A stretch of 64,000 bases of DNA from Octopus sinensis (Eukaryota). Of this stretch, positions 63,019 through 64,000 are shown in pieces. A model generated the notes under the pieces. It ran no database searches, was not told the DNA's origin, and saw only the letters and a program-made list of their open reading frames with translations. Made by a program: the position numbers and the translations under genes. Position 1 is the stretch's first letter. Each line of letters opens with the position of its first letter. Where the stretch lies: contig NC_042997.1 of the NCBI RefSeq assembly GCF_006345805.1, positions 143,344,001 through 143,408,000 of the forward strand, written 5' to 3'.

Positions 63019-63088
63019 CCGATCAACAACATGCTTGTAAATTAAACCATCCGAATTAAGGAACAGAGTGGATATACCTTCAAAAAAC
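63019..63088 (-). CDS. C6orf136: Internal coding exon of a C6orf136-like (DUF2358) gene
   Basis: Strong acceptor (ttttttcttaaatttatttccag) and donor (CGG|gtaaga). 70 nt, open as xFFEGISTLFLNSDGLIYKHVVDR, resembling the DUF2358 motif as recalled from human C6orf136 (YDAYSTFYLNSSGLICRHRLDK). Ends in phase 0. Confidence 0.75.
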
Positions 63089-63255
63089 CTGGAAATAAAT
63101 TTAAGAAAAAATACAATGAAAATATTGATATATTCACCCACTTATATAACAAATAAGCCAATGAAGGAGGCTCTATGTGGTTATTAGAAATAGTAACCCG
63201 GTTTCCCTCAAACCAAACTGAAAGATACGTTGGGTAGTGTAGTCCTAGATAACTC

Positions 63256-63912
63256 TTAACCCTTTAGCATTCAGATATCGCTTATTTATTCACACTGTTT
63301 TAAATTAATCATCATCATTTAACATCTGTTTTCCATGCTGGCATGGGTTGGATGGCTGCCTGGGCTTCATCTCTTTTGACATGGTTTCTACGGCTGGATG
63401 CCTTCCTTAATGCCAACCACTTTACAGAGTGTACTGGGTGCTTTTATGCTGCACTGGTATGGATGCTTTTTACATGGCACCAGCATCCACGAGCCCACAA
63501 TATTAAGATCGCTCAGCCAAAGGAGGCAGGTGACATGCCTGTATACAAGGACAACCACGATTTTAACCTAACTTGACATGCCTTCTCAAACACAGCAAAC
63601 TGCCAGAAGTCTCATCCCTTCAATGAGGCAAAAAATCTAAAGATCCATTCTCACTATTTCGTGACACATCTTCCTGGATCTACCCCTTCCACACATTCCC
63701 TCCACAGTTAGAAACTGGCACTTCTTGATGTACCTGTCTTCATTCATGCACATTCAATGTTATCTTGTACCTTCAAGATTTCAACGATGTGATTGTTTAT
63801 TCTTAGAATGATATTTTAGGGTAGGTGTGAGGGGCTGGATCTGGTCACTTTGAATATAAAACAAGTTGAATATATGAGCCAGATATGGCCAGTTTAAATG
63901 CTAAAGGGTTAA
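63256..63912. mobile_element. piggyBac-like MITE with nested RTE 3' end
   Basis: TTAA-ccctttagcatt ... aatgctaaaggg-TTAA; RTE tail (minus) at ~63310-63720. Confidence 0.8.
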
Positions 63913-64000
63913 AGACGAGAGGGTTATACATGGAATGCTTTTGATTGTAAGTTTGTGCAAATCAAGGGTGGCATAGTACTAAACAAATAATACTATTCAA

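Overview
AT-rich, repeat-saturated eukaryotic DNA. The SINE, RTE-LINE and microsatellite landscape looks like an octopus (coleoid cephalopod) genome; this is inferred from the repeat families, not proven. Most of the window is tRNA-headed SINEs (at least 4 families), decayed LINEs (RTE, CR1, L1/Tx1, an RLE-type relic), Tc1/mariner-superfamily transposase relics including a probable DD37D (maT) element, hAT-, piggyBac- and fold-back-type MITEs, and microsatellites. Almost all ORFs in the supplied track are microsatellite or repeat artefacts. The only host gene I recognise is the 3' end of a minus-strand C6orf136/DUF2358-like gene: exon 63088-63019 and terminal exon from 40240 (stop ends 40115), separated by a 22.8-kb intron. 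Two CpG-retaining, promoter-like patches (~33.0-33.35 kb and ~59.0-59.3 kb) and several exon-like segments suggest further unidentified small genes, including a possible antisense gene nested in that intron. No intact autonomous transposon, tRNA/rRNA gene, CRISPR array or prokaryote-type system is supported. All homology calls are from memory and by-eye alignment, and repeat boundaries are approximate.
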